DNA of 61,599 nt, the filler included, from Choristocarpus tenellus KU-1152 (Eukaryota; Protista; Phaeophyceae): NCBI GenBank assembly GCA_964200185.2. It is 11 parts of 11 records of this genome, joined end to end, with 100 filler letters (N's around TTAATTAATTAA, not from the genome) between each part and the next. Parts side by side here need not be neighbours in the genome. Positions count along the whole stretch, not along the records: positions 37,171 to 42,891 come from CAXNAD020009912.1; positions 42,992 to 47,328 come from CAXNAD020015042.1; positions 47,429 to 53,168 come from CAXNAD020009870.1; 8 more parts are not named here. One strand, written 5' to 3'. Numbering within the stretch: the first letter of the stretch is position 1; the number at the start of each line of letters is the position of its first letter. The translations under genes were made by a program, and so were the position numbers. The notes under the pieces were generated by a model, which was not told the origin of the DNA, made no database searches, and saw only the letters and a list, made by a program, of their open reading frames with translations. Below, piece after piece: positions 37,615-50,285 of this stretch.

Positions 37615-39347
37615 TCAGCGGAAATTTCTCACCAGCCATCCTACACCCTCGTGAACCCCTTCCCCTGTGAGGGCACAGCATGACTGCATATGCCACCTTC
37701 GGCCCTTTAGAAGCTTTCCTGCCAGTCCTACCCTGCCACCTGGACTGACAGAGGTCTCTGCCCCAACCTCCTCTGCCATCCTAATATCATTGCGTTCACC
37801 ATTGATAGAAACTGTTTCCATTTCTCCTTCTCCATCCACCTTGCCCCCCCCTACTGCCTTATTTCCCCAATCCATTAGTCTCACGTTCTCTTGATCACAG
37901 CCTTTTGCTTCAGTTTCCCTTTCATTTCCCTGTTGACCCTGTCCTCTTAATCGAGAGCTTCCAAAAGATCTCGAACCCCTGTTGGACCCTCCCTCTGGGA
38001 CTGCACCTTCCCCCATATCATCTACACCTACTCCCGGTTCACCAAGACGCAACGTCCTACGCATTGCCTCGGTCTTGAGGCACCGCGATTCGTCCTTCTT
38101 GTTGGCCAGTAGGAGCACAGCCGCCTCTTTTTCTAGATCTGCGGACGCCAGCAAGGTCGCCAGCTCTGTCTCAGCTGCACAGGGAAGCCAAAGATTTTAA
38201 GGGAGGAGGGAAAGGAGGGTGTCGTGAGTTGTTGGGAGGTTAGGAAGAAAAAGAGACCAATAGTGGTAGGATGGAGATCCTGTGCGATAAAAAATAATAT
38301 ACTCTTTCCTGGAGTTCAACTGGGATGAAGACTGCTGTGTGAGTCTGGGTGTGAAAAGAAGGCGGTGATCCAAGGTGCAGGGCGGTTGGGGACACAGTTG
38401 CAGGGTAAAGGGACTTCCTAGTTAGAGAGACTTCCTACATAGAAGAGTTGGTTGCGATCGTGGGCAGCTTGAGACGGCAGGGCTCCAGACTATCTTAGCA
38501 GATCCTCTGTCTTGATTTGACGGAGACCACTGGCCTCGCCTAAATGAACGTAATGAATCGTTTTCTAGAGATTATTTTTCCAGTCCAGGATATTCTTTCA
38601 AAATGACATCACTGTCCTACAAAAAACGCATTATGCATTATATGTGATGAGTACAAAGTTAGGGAAAAGGGGTCGCTTAGGATGTTGAGATGGGGCTCAC
38701 TCGTAGTCTGTTCTACGGAAGGTACCTTCACGCAAGCGTACGAGGTCTGACGAGTCCAACATAAAGATAACCCCGCTGACGCCCTTCACATAATGTACCC
38801 ACAGCCCCCGCAGGTTTGCCTGCCCACCAAGGTCCCATACGACGAGGGTACAGCCTGGAAGTTGAATCTCCTCGACGTTGAACCCCACTGTGGGGATGGT
38901 TGCGATGGCCTATCCAGGGGCATATAGGGTTCAACATAGTGAGAACCCAAACAGGGAGATTAAGGAGTGGTATTGTATAGTTTGGTATGCGTAGGGATTG
39001 CTTATGAAGCATTGCTGGCGCGAGGGGAAAGCTTCTTGGCGTGCCATGCTTAGATCGTGTTCCCCAAGGTTTGCACCCACTTGACTCCCTTGTGGTTCCG
39101 TGACTGGTTTTCATCGTGTGCCACTAGTAGTCGACATCCCTGCATGCGTATCACCAGAGAATGACCATTAAGAACGATCCACAAAGTCCTGCTGGAATGA
39201 ATAAACCTGTGTTACACTGTTGATCCTCTCAACAATGCAGTCTACCTGGTTTGCGCAAAGTTGGTAGAGAAGCGTTGTCTTCCCAGCACCATCCAGTCCG
39301 ACCAGCACAATCCTATGTGTGAGCGGTTTCTGAAGGCAGATTCCCAT
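37615..39347 (-). CDS. ARF/ARL-family small GTPase, complete, with a 108-aa low-complexity insert
   Basis: Exons 39347-39246 (MGICLQ..GLDGAGKTT..), 38909-38726 (AIATIPTVGFNVE..WDLGGQ..) and 38174-37615 (..LANKKD..WHMQSCCALTGEGVHEGVGWL, stop). G1-G5 motifs present and splice phases (0, 1) consistent. Confidence 0.93.
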
Positions 39348-41081
39348 GGCATATAAGCAAGGGCGAATATGTTCAATATCAGGTCTCCGTTGCCCTCTCT
39401 CTTTTGACTCACCCTCTAGGATGGGGAATAGGGGTGGATGTCGATTTTGTTCCATTTTGTACAGAGAGCACGAGACATTTTCGGTGATTGGTTAATATTC
39501 ACCGTTTTTCCAATTTCATTATATAGCCAGTTTTTCGTTTTTCATGGTTGTTTTTTTTCCAAGGAAATATTCAAAAAATGTTGTCATATTTTGTACATCT
39601 TGTTGTATCAACAGTCATTCCAGTACCCAATCTCTCCGATCACTCCTATCACACCTGTTGGGTTTGAACATATACTTCTCTTCAAAATATTCACCTAATC
39701 AGGAGCTTGATCTCACTCTAAGTCTATGTTATATATATCAATATCCATATATATTTCACATTTATGATAACGGTTACATTTTGAGGGATTTTTCTGACAT
39801 ATAAATAGTTTTCATTGGGATTCATATTGGAAAGAAAGAATCATATTTTTTTATTATTATCCTGATTCTTGGCATATTGATCACTATAAATAATCCTGTA
39901 ATCTCCAATTTCCATGCATATTTTGATACCTGAAGTAAAATTAGTTAACCTTTATGGAAAGTTTCAAGATGTCAGTATATTGTTAGAGGTATTCGATTAA
40001 TTGTTTAACCGTACAAGTTACAGTTACATTGGTAGTACTACGAAAGAGGATCTCCAGACTTTGTGTGAGACAGATTAGATTCTGTAACTACACACACAGA
40101 TATAAAATACCCTTTATATCCTTTTTGCCTAATATGTTGTGGAATTGTGTTTTATAGGGAACAATCTTCGAAAGGACCCTGAAGTCACTCTTCAAGTATG
40201 TGAAAGGTTTTTTATGTAGTATTGGCAGTCGCGTCCTGCATCTTTGTCGTGCCATAACTTTTGGTCAACAATTATTTTCATGAAAATTAGTTTGTTGTGA
40301 TCGCATCAGTATGGATAATCTTATTTTATGGGTCTCGGTTGGTCAACTCGCAGTAATCGTGAGAAATACAGGACCATACTTAAATCAAGTAGTCCGCACG
40401 TGAGGTGCGCACGGGGGTGCGCGCGAACCGCGCATTCAAGGATGTTTTTGACACCTGAAGAGGCCATCTTCACCCGGAGAAAATGGGCGTTGTTGTCTCT
40501 CCATTTCCTTTCCATTATTTCCCGTTTATGCGATATTTTCACCTAGAGGCGACTACGAACGTTGTAAGTATTTTAATCTTACTCTTTTTTGTAAGGTGTG
40601 TGATGTGTTGAGACAGAGTTCAATCAGTCGCGGGGGGTACTCAGAATCACCATTATTTGTGTGAAGGTGGGGTGTTTTCAGCCAACCCAAAGTTCTCTCA
40701 GCCATCGAAGGTTCGAAGAAGTTTTAATGGAATCTCAGATCTGATGGGTGACGTCACATCTTTGTAACCGTCAACAGCAAGTGGTCTGAGAATTCTCAAG
40801 AGTTTTCTGTGTTTGATGTTGATGGGAACATAATCAACGACCAAGAATGTGCGCGCAATCCATTTGTGTTTGCGCGCGGATGTGAATTGAACTGATATCA
40901 GTTCTCAAAGGGACCACCTGTCCGTCACATCACCCCCCCCCTCCGCAGTGTAGGCCCTGTCTGCATACGAGAAAAAAATAATGGTTGGCCAGCACATCAT
41001 GGCAGGGAGTCCGGGGGGGGAAAAGAAAAAGAATCATCAGAGTATCCCAAGAATGTTCATTGAGCCAATTTGGAGGAGTTC

Positions 41082-41450
41082 TGTTACAGGCGAATAGCAC
41101 GAGTATTTCTTCTCGCGTTCTAACAGGCGCAAGCAGTATACATGTACGGACAACATTATAAAGAACACCGATTTGCCAAAGGTTGCAGAGTAAGATATGT
41201 AATTGAGAATGTCGCAACGGTTTTCAGATGTATTCCAACTTCCGTAAACCAAAACAAACAAAACGCAAAGGATGATAAAAAGAATGAGGAACGCTGCTTA
41301 GTAAGAGTCCCTCTACTCACTTCTTTTCTTGATACATCTAAATAAAGCCACACACTCACTGACGTTGAAAGAGATAAGTACCACCTGTTCTGCTGACCTG
41401 ACGTTCGATTAACCTGATGTGCAATGGACTCCTCTCGACTGTTGAAGTAT
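41082..41450 (+). mobile_element. LTR-like repeat
   Basis: Starts TGTTACAGGCGAATAGC after purine-rich GGAGGAG. The same start recurs at 42368, with a variant at 42425. The right end is approximate. Confidence 0.5.
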
Positions 41451-41491
41451 CCTGAGAGGCTCGCGCAAGCATCAGCATTTTCTATAGGCTT

Positions 41492-42367
41492 GTGGTTTGG
41501 AGCTATACATCCTATGGGGGTAAGCTTCTGGAGTTTGCTGTAACATGGAGGTCCTACCGAGATTTCCCTGTCGTAACAGATCATGCTGCATTGTGTTACT
41601 TGTATAGAATGCAGGATACCAGTAACTTGTTTACTCGTTGGGCTATCAAACTTCAAGCTTATAATTTCACTGTCAAACACAAGCCCGGTAACCTAAATGG
41701 TATACCTGACACTCTATCTCGTATTTTCAAGCTTGAGGAACAGGAAAAATCCGTTGCTCCAATGCTGGCACCCATCAGTCATAATGTGCCTAGTCGTAGT
41801 CGTGATTTACCACACGTGTTCAAAACGAATATGAGCTATCTGCTTCTAACCTTGATCAAGCAACGCCTGTCCAAAATGATCATGAACAATTTACTAGTTC
41901 CACTACTGTGTTTCCTGCAGTGGACCCAGAGCAATTGCGCAAGGAGAAGGAATCCGAGTTTGGACCATATTTTAGGTCTTTGCAGTCCCCCAATGTCGCC
42001 CAACCACCTGACAAGGAATCGACGATGTCTATGACGTATTTTGTCCTTCACAACGACTTACTGTATTGTTCGTATTTACCAGATCATTTTCGTAAGATGA
42101 GCACGTTTAGAGACCAGTTGGTCGTTCCTCGCTCGTTAGCCCGTCTTGTACTCCATGGTTGTCATGACCATGCAATGTCTGGAGGCCACTTAGGTTTCAA
42201 ACCCACGTTCGATAAGGTCAGAGACTCATATTGGTGGCCAACATTCAATATTAATATTCGTAAATGGTGCTATGATTATCAAGCATGCCAAACGCTTAAG
42301 ACTGCTCATAAAAAACCTACGCTTCCCATTGGCCATGTGCCCATTGACAGAGCATTTCAACTTCTTG
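41492..42367 (+). mobile_element. Ty3/Gypsy pol fragment (RNase H and integrase zinc finger), frameshifted
   Basis: VVTDHAAL..TRWAIKLQAYNFTVKHKPG..N..DTLSR, then QLVVP..CHDHAMSGGHLGFKPTFDKVRDSYWWP..ACQ. Confidence 0.92.
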
Positions 42368-42891
42368 TGTTACAGGCGAATAGCGCGAGCTTTTCTTCTT
42401 GTATTTCAACGAGGTGCAAACGTTTGTTACACGCGAATAGCGAGAGCATTTTCTTTTTATGTTTCAGGAAATACGAACATTTGTAACAGACATAGAGTGT
42501 GAGGATTATTTCTTGAGTTCTGACAAGTACGAACAATTAGTAATACATAGGTAGCCTTACATATAAAAATGATGATTTTTATAGGAGATGCAGAGTAAGA
42601 TTAGAATTCGAACATAATCTTACAGAACAGGTGTCAATTTCTGGAAGTTACAGAGTAAAGATTCGTGATTAAAGTATCCACTTAGCAGTTTGCAGACTTC
42701 ATTTAACTCTTTGGCTGTAGAAAACTGGTGGATGATGCTAATAGAAGGCTGAAGCGGACCACCACACCCTCAGACCTTTTCGATTGAACCTCTTTTGCTA
42801 TAGCAAAAGCAAGACATCGACTGAGCTAAACATCAAGCTGACACCGTACGTGGCTATCATCTGTGGACTCCCCTCGTAGCGTTGTTTTGAG
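42368..42891 (+). mobile_element. LTR-like repeat that truncates the Gypsy integrase
   Basis: TGTTACAGGCGAATAGC start; shares GCAGAGTAAGAT and TGGACTCC blocks with 41082-41450. Confidence 0.5.
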
Positions 42892-43440
42892 NNNNNNNNN
42901 NNNNNNNNNNNNNNNNNNNNNNNNNNNNNNNNNNNTTAATTAATTAANNNNNNNNNNNNNNNNNNNNNNNNNNNNNNNNNNNNNNNNNNNNATTATGTTT
43001 AAAAAAAAGAGGATATACCTGGTTGTTGTGAGATGCACGGGTGCTGTTTCTTGTGCAGTGAGGTGGGGGGTCCCTCATGCCGTCCCTTCTGCCTCTTGAT
43101 AACAACTCAACCCTAACCCTACCCCCTGTCCATCCCACACGTTATGACACAATAACGCCTTGAAAATGTTTTGAAAACTATTTTCACGTATGATTTTTTT
43201 TTTCTTCCTTGTCTTTAAGAAATATATATATATATGTATGTATATATATGTGTGTGTGTATATTTTTTCAATGGTTATTTTTTGTGACCTGACTTCAAAA
43301 GTATAGTGATATTGGTTTTTTTTCTTGATTTTAATTTAATTTCAATTTTTACCTTATTTAATTTTGAATTTAAATTTTGATTTCATTTTTTTGTTTTGTT
43401 TTATTGATGATGCGCTGATGCGATTGGTGCGTGTGTGCAG

Positions 43441-45638
43441 TGAAGGAGGAGATCAAGGAAGAAGGTACTGGAGGGGCTGGGAGCAAGCCTCAGTCATCGA
43501 CAACAACTGCTCCAAAGGTTGAACAAGGAGTGAGACAACAGCGTCTGCCATTTGATCAGGGATTTCGTCGCATGCGCTCTGGGAAGATTGGAAAGGTAAT
43601 GGACGTGAGGAAGAGGTACTATATTTAAAAATAAAAATAAAAAAAGAGGAAAGAGCGAGAGAGAGAGAGAGAGAGAGAAAATAATAAAAGTAGGAAGGTA
43701 CAGAAGGAGGAAGTTTAAAAAAAAAGGAGGTAAAAAAAAGAGGGATGAAGAGAGGAAGATATGGGTAGAAGAGTATGAAGAGAGGAAGATAGGTTCGCGC
43801 AAGCAAGCAAGCAGCGATTTTGTCACTTCTTTGGGTCCCTTTTGAGAGGGTTGTGTGTTCTAGTTCTGGTGAGGTGTTACAACATTACCCGAGTAGGGTT
43901 GTAACTGTAACTGTAACTGTTACATATGTTACATATGAGGATTTTTTTTTTTCTTGTTGGTAATGAGTAATAGGGTTAGGGTACAAAAGGACAAGATAAA
44001 AAAAATGTCGGTGTTGACAGAAAGGGATTTGATTTATAACTGACTGAATGAAAAAATAAACTGGTGGCGGTATGAAACTATTTGAGTCTATACTGTTACA
44101 TATATATATATAAATTTGTGTATGTATTGGAGGTATACCTTGTAGTGTCATCTGATTGGGCCTTAAAATTGTCGACCCGACGTTTTTTTTTTTAATATTG
44201 TTATATTTGGTACCGCGGGGGAGAGGTGAAAAGAAGATTTGTCAACTGAATGTTTGGAATGAAGGACAGGTAGGTTGTGCTTAGCTTGTGCGGATTGGGA
44301 AGGCTGTGTGAGCCTTTGCCCTTGGCTTACTTGTATTGACTTTGGGGTGTACTTGTTTGGCTCAATACGTGAACAAGAGGATGATGATGGTTTTTGACGG
44401 AGACTAATACTAGTACTAATATTACCTAACCCTAACCCCTGGCGAGGTGTAGTGGCTACTTCTGGTGTGGGTTTAGGAGTCTGTGCAGTGAATGATATTT
44501 TATTTATTTTATTTATCTATAATGCTGCACACAACAATAAGAAACGGCTTGTGATTTTTGAAAACAGGAAGGGTGAATGGTATTTTATTTGATGGGAGGT
44601 TAATCAGGAAAAAAAAAAAGCAAAACGGATGGTAACCTAATGTTAGGGTTAGGTTTGTTGTTGAAAAGTCGAACAAAAAACTCCGGCGTAGGGTTAGGGT
44701 TAGGGTTAGGGTTAGGGTTAGGGTTGTGTGAAGAAGAAAAAGAACAGCCACTACACCTCTCAGGCGACCCACTCGCTCTTTCAAAACGCCCGGATGGGGA
44801 TCAAGCATTACTAGACATTGTCGGAAAAGGGGAATAATTAATACATCCCACATAACATTGGATACAATCACATATATAGGATACAATCAGAGCTACTACG
44901 GAAAAATAACAAAAAACAAAAGAAGATATATGTCAAGTTCTGATTTGCTTGTGAACAAAATATCTCCCCCACGAGCACGCAAACTGTGTAACAATGATAA
45001 AGAGACTGAAGTAATAATATATACTAACCTAGGGCATCGGTCCCCACTTGACTTGTCATGAGTTGAGCGCACACTCTGAGGTAGTAAACAATTACACTCA
45101 CTCTTAGGTAGTAAACAATTACACTCACTCTTACGTAGTAAGCAATTACACTCACTCTGAGGTAGTAAACAATTACACTTACTCTTACGTAGTAAACAAT
45201 TACACTCACTCTTACGTAGTAAACAATTACACTCACTCTTACGTAGTAAACAATTACACTCACTCTTACGTAGTAAGCAATTACACTCACTCTGAGGTAG
45301 TAAACAATTACACTCACTCTTACGTAGTAAACAATTACACTCACTCTTACGTAGTAAACAATTACACTCACTCTGAGGTAGTAAACAATTACACTCACTC
45401 TAAGGTAGTAAACAATTACACTCACTCTGAGGCAGTAAACAATTACACTCACTCTGAGGCAGTAAACAATTACATTTTCCCTTTTGTGATTGGTCAGCTT
45501 TACGTACACAAGTCAGGCCACGCACGTATGATTGTTGGAGGGGTTAGCTTCATGGTGCACCAGGGTCTGCCTGTGACGTTTGTAGAGGAAGGGGTCAGCA
45601 TCACCCCGGGGGCGAGGACGTACTGTACGATAGGGCAG
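43441..45638 (+). CDS. RPC4: RNA polymerase III subunit RPC4 (Rpc53/POLR3D), C-terminal domain exons
   Basis: Exons 43441-43595 (..RRMRSGKIGK) and 45498-45638 (LYVHKSGHARMIVGGVSFMVHQGLPVTFVEE..CTIGQ) join in phase 0 to give the RPC4 motif GxIGKLxVxKSGxxxxxxG. Confidence 0.85.
44689..44725. repeat. Interstitial telomeric repeat (TTAGGG) x ~6 in the RPC4 intron
   Basis: Longest telomeric tract in the window. Confidence 0.92.
45068..45474. repeat. 27-bp minisatellite, ~15 copies (ACACTCACTCTKASGTAGTAAACAATT)
   Basis: Units start every 27 bp from 45094 to 45445, with a partial unit before. The array ends directly before the RPC4 3' splice-site pyrimidine tract. Confidence 0.97.
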
Positions 45639-45863
45639 GTGAGGTGACTCTGATTGGTCTCTTGTGGTATTGTTAATGTTATTATTGTTATTATTATTAC
45701 TCTTGTTGTTGTTATTGTTATTATTATTATTTTATTATTGTTAATATATATTGTTAGTATTATTGTTGTTGGTGTTGGAGGAGTAGTCTTATGTACTGTG
45801 TTTAGGGTTAGGGTTAGGGTTTGAGGTATGCACTCGTGCTTTTTACGTTTTTTGCTATGGGTC

Positions 45864-45869
<6 letters not shown>

Positions 45870-45904
<35 letters not shown>
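45870..45904. repeat. (GA)n microsatellite
   Basis: About 17 units. Confidence 0.93.
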
Positions 45905-45906
<2 letters not shown>

Positions 45907-47459
45907 GCGCATGCGCATTCAGGAAGTATTGATTTGAATCTGAGATTCGCAAGGCTATCTGATCTTATTTGCAAGGGTTGTTTTGGCTGGGAAAAAGACG
46001 TGTATACTTTTTTTTTGTAGTGTTGCTATTTTTTTTTTACTGTGTTGGAGCAACACTGTGTTGCTGAGGGGTGAACAAGATAACGTGCGATTGTGTGTGT
46101 GTGTGTGTGTGTTGTTTTTGAGGATTGTGAATGGGAAGGGTTAGGGTTTGTGAGGGCGAAGTAAAACTGGTTGAGAAGCTTTCGATGTACTTGATGCAAT
46201 CGAAGTGTGCTTTTGGGTGGGGGGGGGGGGCTATGAGGCGCGCTGCTACTGGAGGTTGAAGCATTGGCAAGTTGAAATGCTGTCTGTGTACTTGCTGGAA
46301 GAAGCAATGGCCATTGGCAAGGGCATTTGTTCCTCGACTGACATAGGACTAAGAGGTTTTTTTGCGATGGTGCCAAATAGTTCTTTGATTTGGTGAGTTG
46401 TACATAGGACTTGATTCATTGTAGAGTTACATTTAACGGCATTTTTGTATAGAGTCAGATGGATGCCGATGCCTTGTTGCTATCCCTATGGTCTTATTGT
46501 CACACTCAGAAGGGGAGGGACTTTAGATGGATTGGTGTTAATGGGGTGAATGTGTAGTTATATGCACCCTTCCCCCCAAAAAACAAACAAACAAAAACCC
46601 ACCCTCTATTTTCAAGGGCTAGTTTCTGTTCAGGAATAGTTTATTGTGTTCTTGTCTTTGGTGGATGGACTACTGTCTTATCTTATCACTCTTTTTGTTT
46701 CCTTAAGTTGTGACTTTGCATTCATTGAATCAGGGTTAGGATTAGGGTTAGGGTTTTTTGTGCTGTTTTGATGCTTTATGTCCTGGACTATTTGTTTTGA
46801 GGACACTTGCCCAATTTTTCCAGCACATTATTTTTAAAGAAACGCCTTGCACTTATAGAAACACTATGGTAACCGATTGTTTGCGCAAGGGCTTTTTTGT
46901 ATGCTTTGGATTGATGGCATGGGACACCGGCATTTATTATTTGAAGCGTATGTTTTAAAGCCAAGTGTTCCTAGGACAACATAGCCCTGTATGTTACACA
47001 TTATCTTTGGTGGAGGTAAGATTTTGACTGCAGCACCAAGGCTGTATCTCCACTCCTAAAGACTCCCCCTCCTCCTGTTTCCTGGTGTTGTGAACCTCAG
47101 GGCTGTTTGTTCATGGCCTAGTCCTAACTTCTAACTGCCCAAATAAGCACACACAAATCACCTTCCATGCCATCGCAGGTATTGGACTCTCTCTAAAGCA
47201 CGACAATTGCCTCTATTTGTTCACCCTTGATGGCATCCACATTACATACTGATTTAATCGAAGTTGCTCCTTGGGTTTAACGTGTTCAACCCTCCCCCCC
47301 CCCCCCCTCCACCCCCCCTGTTTTTTTCNNNNNNNNNNNNNNNNNNNNNNNNNNNNNNNNNNNNNNNNNNNNTTAATTAATTAANNNNNNNNNNNNNNNN
47401 NNNNNNNNNNNNNNNNNNNNNNNNNNNNCCCCCCCCCCTCCCCCCCAGGTCCCTACATA

Positions 47460-49148
47460 CTCCCTCTTTCCCATAGGTCTGGACCGTTTAGTTCTAGTTC
47501 TTCAGGATGACCTCCGAATACAAGATGGACTATTGCACTGGATTTCTTGGAATATTTTACATAAAGAACTAAATTTCATATAATTCTACAAATAATTCTG
47601 TTCTGAAAGGGTTCCGAAAGAATGGAACACAGAATGGGGCATATTCTTATCCTTTTTAAATGCTCCTGCTGCAGTGGTGTGCCACACAACTCTCTCACAA
47701 CCCAGGGCAAGCCGCCATAGTCCGTTGTCCCCAACATGAAGCCCAGTGTCTTGGGGAAAGAACTGCAAGCTGACCGAGGAAGGTTGGATTGCACTTGCTC
47801 TGCGTTTCGCATTTGCTCTTCCTTCAGGTCAAGAGAGGCTCCCAAGGGGTGTGGGGTCCAAATGGGTGAAAGAGTTTGGAGTGGGAGAGAGACACCCTAG
47901 ACAAGTGTGGGCGCAAAACAGTTAGGGGGAATACCATCTCCCTGAAATCAGAAGCACGATCTGGATGGCCGTCGGACTTTTCGCCAACAAAACAAGTAAA
48001 GATGGGGGAAATCAATGCCACCAATCGCATGTTGACTATCGACCAACTTTCCGCCAAGCTCACCAAAACGACCCTCGCAGTCAGCAGATGAAAGCTTCAT
48101 CACTGGCTTGAAGTCATGGGGGCAACGAGGGTTCAGTGTTGCATTACCCCAAGCCTTTCGTTTTCTCACAAGATGAACAGGATGGACTTCATCCTCGACC
48201 AGATCTTCCGCAACCGCTAAATCTGCAGGACTGGCCTCAGCACCATTCACATGAATGAGGCATGGTTCTACCTCATCTGCAAACGAGAGATGGTGTGCGT
48301 GTCCCCGGGGGAGGAAAAGGTGGGCTCGACGAAGGTGCAGCACAAAAGTCACATTCCCAAAGTGATGTTCATCTCCGTCGTTTGCGCCTGGATCCTTCCC
48401 ATGATTTTGACGGCAAGATTGGGATTTGGCGGGTTTGTGTTGCAAATGAGGCGCAATGGACTACTGTGCAGCACACGTAGGGTGAGGAGTACGAAGTCAA
48501 TGTCACCATCGACACCGAGTGGTACCTGGAGTGGCACATGGAGCAGTTGTTGCCAGCGATCAAGGAAATAATGCTGTGGCTGGAATTGGGGGGGACTTCA
48601 TACAACAGAACAGTGCGACCCCACATATGGGCAAGGGCACGGTGCAGAAGCTGAATGCAACAGGGATAGAGGAGGGATGGAATATTAAGCTCGTGACGCA
48701 GCCAGCACAGTCATCGGATCTCAACATCAATGATTTAGGGGGTTTTGCATCTCTGGAGAGCAGGGTTTGGGCGGAATGTTACGCCACCACTGATGAACTT
48801 GTCGCGGGTTTCAAGCCTGTTCCACAAGTATGACACAGACATGCCCGGGAAGGTGTGGCAGAGGCTGTTTAATAGGTACAATGAGGTGTCAAGGACACTG
48901 GGGGGGAACGATTTCGAGGAAGAGCAGACTGGGACCGAAAAAAGGGAATGGGAGGGCGGGTTGGCTAATCAGGCGAAGTAGAATGAGCAACCTCCACGGC
49001 ACCCCTGGATTGGTGGGTTGACGATGCCAACACTTTGACTCTTTTTATGTAAAATATTCCAAAGAATCCAACGCAAGGTCCGTTTTTTAATTGGAGGTCA
49101 TATCGAAGAGCTACAACATAACGACCCAGATGTTTGGGGAAGAGGGAG
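47460..49148 (+). mobile_element. Full-length but decayed Tc1/mariner DNA transposon related to the plant DD39D group
   Basis: TA|CTCCCTCTTTCCC... and ...GGGGAAGAGGGAG|TA give TIRs with a TA TSD. Transposase motifs NEAWFY, VQHKSHIPKVMF, FDGKIG, IQQNSATPH, QPAQSSDLNINDLG and GGNDF lie across frameshifts at ~48150-48980. Confidence 0.92.
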
Positions 49149-49519
49149 TAGTAGCATTTTCTTGTGCTGTTCAAGTGTCAGTAAGTAGTGTGCAAAGAGA
49201 ATTGTCTCTGCCACTAAAGATAACTTTCCCTACCCCCAGAGTCTTTTCTTTATTGTTGCCGTTGGACTATACAAAAAAGAAACAAACTCAAGGTTGCAAA
49301 TGCGCCTTATTATCCTCAAAAAAAGTTGTTGAATCAGAAGCTACTAATCATACCATAGTTAGTAGGGGACATTATGCCTAATGATACTGAGTCAAAGGAT
49401 ATGAGAGGGGTGCCAACAGTTGGATTTTAAGGATGCTAAAAAATATGTGTAAAATTCGACTTTTTTGTACAAATGTGTAGAGGACATTTTCTTAGTTCTA
49501 TCTAAAAGTCTCCAACAAT

Positions 49520-50250
49520 ACAGAAACCAACAATCTGGGGTCAAACTTACCACTCCATCCACACAATTATCCGCGAATTGCAGAAAAAAATGGAAACAAT
49601 GTGTAAAATGCCCCAAGCTTGGGTACCTCTTGATTACTTTGGCTCACTGGACTCAGGTCTAATGATGCCTACCATCAAATTGCTTGTTCGAATAGTGCTG
49701 TGGAAAGGTCCTTTCACCTAGCCAGTAATTGTCAAAGCAGATATGTGTACTGAGAAAAAACGTGATTGTTGCTTTAAAGGAAAGCAGAGTGATGCAACTC
49801 AAGGAATCTGTGCACTCTTTTTTCTCTCTCACTTTCACTCTTGGTATCTTGTCTGAGACAGTTGGTGTACCTGAGCCATCATCATCGACCAGCTCATGTC
49901 AGCACCCTTCCTCACCATCCTCCTCACCATCCTCCTCACCATCCTCCCCCCCCCTCTCACCATCACACTCTAGACCTCCACCACCTCCAGCACTACCAAA
50001 CTCCTCCCGGATGCCAGCAGCCACTGTTTCCGAGGGTTGAGATTGAGCAGATGATCTCCTGCGTCGCATGGCCTGTGATGACCTCCTGTTGTGTCCACCA
50101 AGAAACGGTGCATCACTTCAGCGCCGTTGCAAATCTCCCCCAAAATATGTTTTATAGTAGTATAGCATGCGATACATGTCTCAGGTCAGTGGGTTGTCTC
50201 ATCTCAGGTTGTATTGTTACAACCCTCAACCATCCCACAGAAGCTTAACC
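49520..50250 (-). pseudogene. Possible piggyBac-like transposase remnant
   Basis: THICFDNYW (~49715-49750) resembles the piggyBac FDNYF catalytic motif; otherwise degraded. Confidence 0.25.
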
Positions 50251-50285
50251 AGAATTGCTAATACTCGCCTCCTATCCGAGTCTGA

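Noticed and set aside
40328-40565. GC-rich patch ending in a GTAAGT donor, a possible first exon divergent from the ARF gene
   Set aside because: No recognisable peptide and no partner exon within the contig.
44689-44725. True chromosome end
   Set aside because: Only about 6 units, internal to an intron, with unique sequence on both sides.
45068-45474. CRISPR-like appearance of the 27-bp and 13-bp arrays
   Set aside because: Units are head-to-tail with no unique spacers, there are no cas genes, and the context is a eukaryotic intron.
45024-45509. 161-aa ORF of VSVIVYYLR repeats
   Set aside because: Antisense read-through of a 27-bp minisatellite inside the RPC4 intron.
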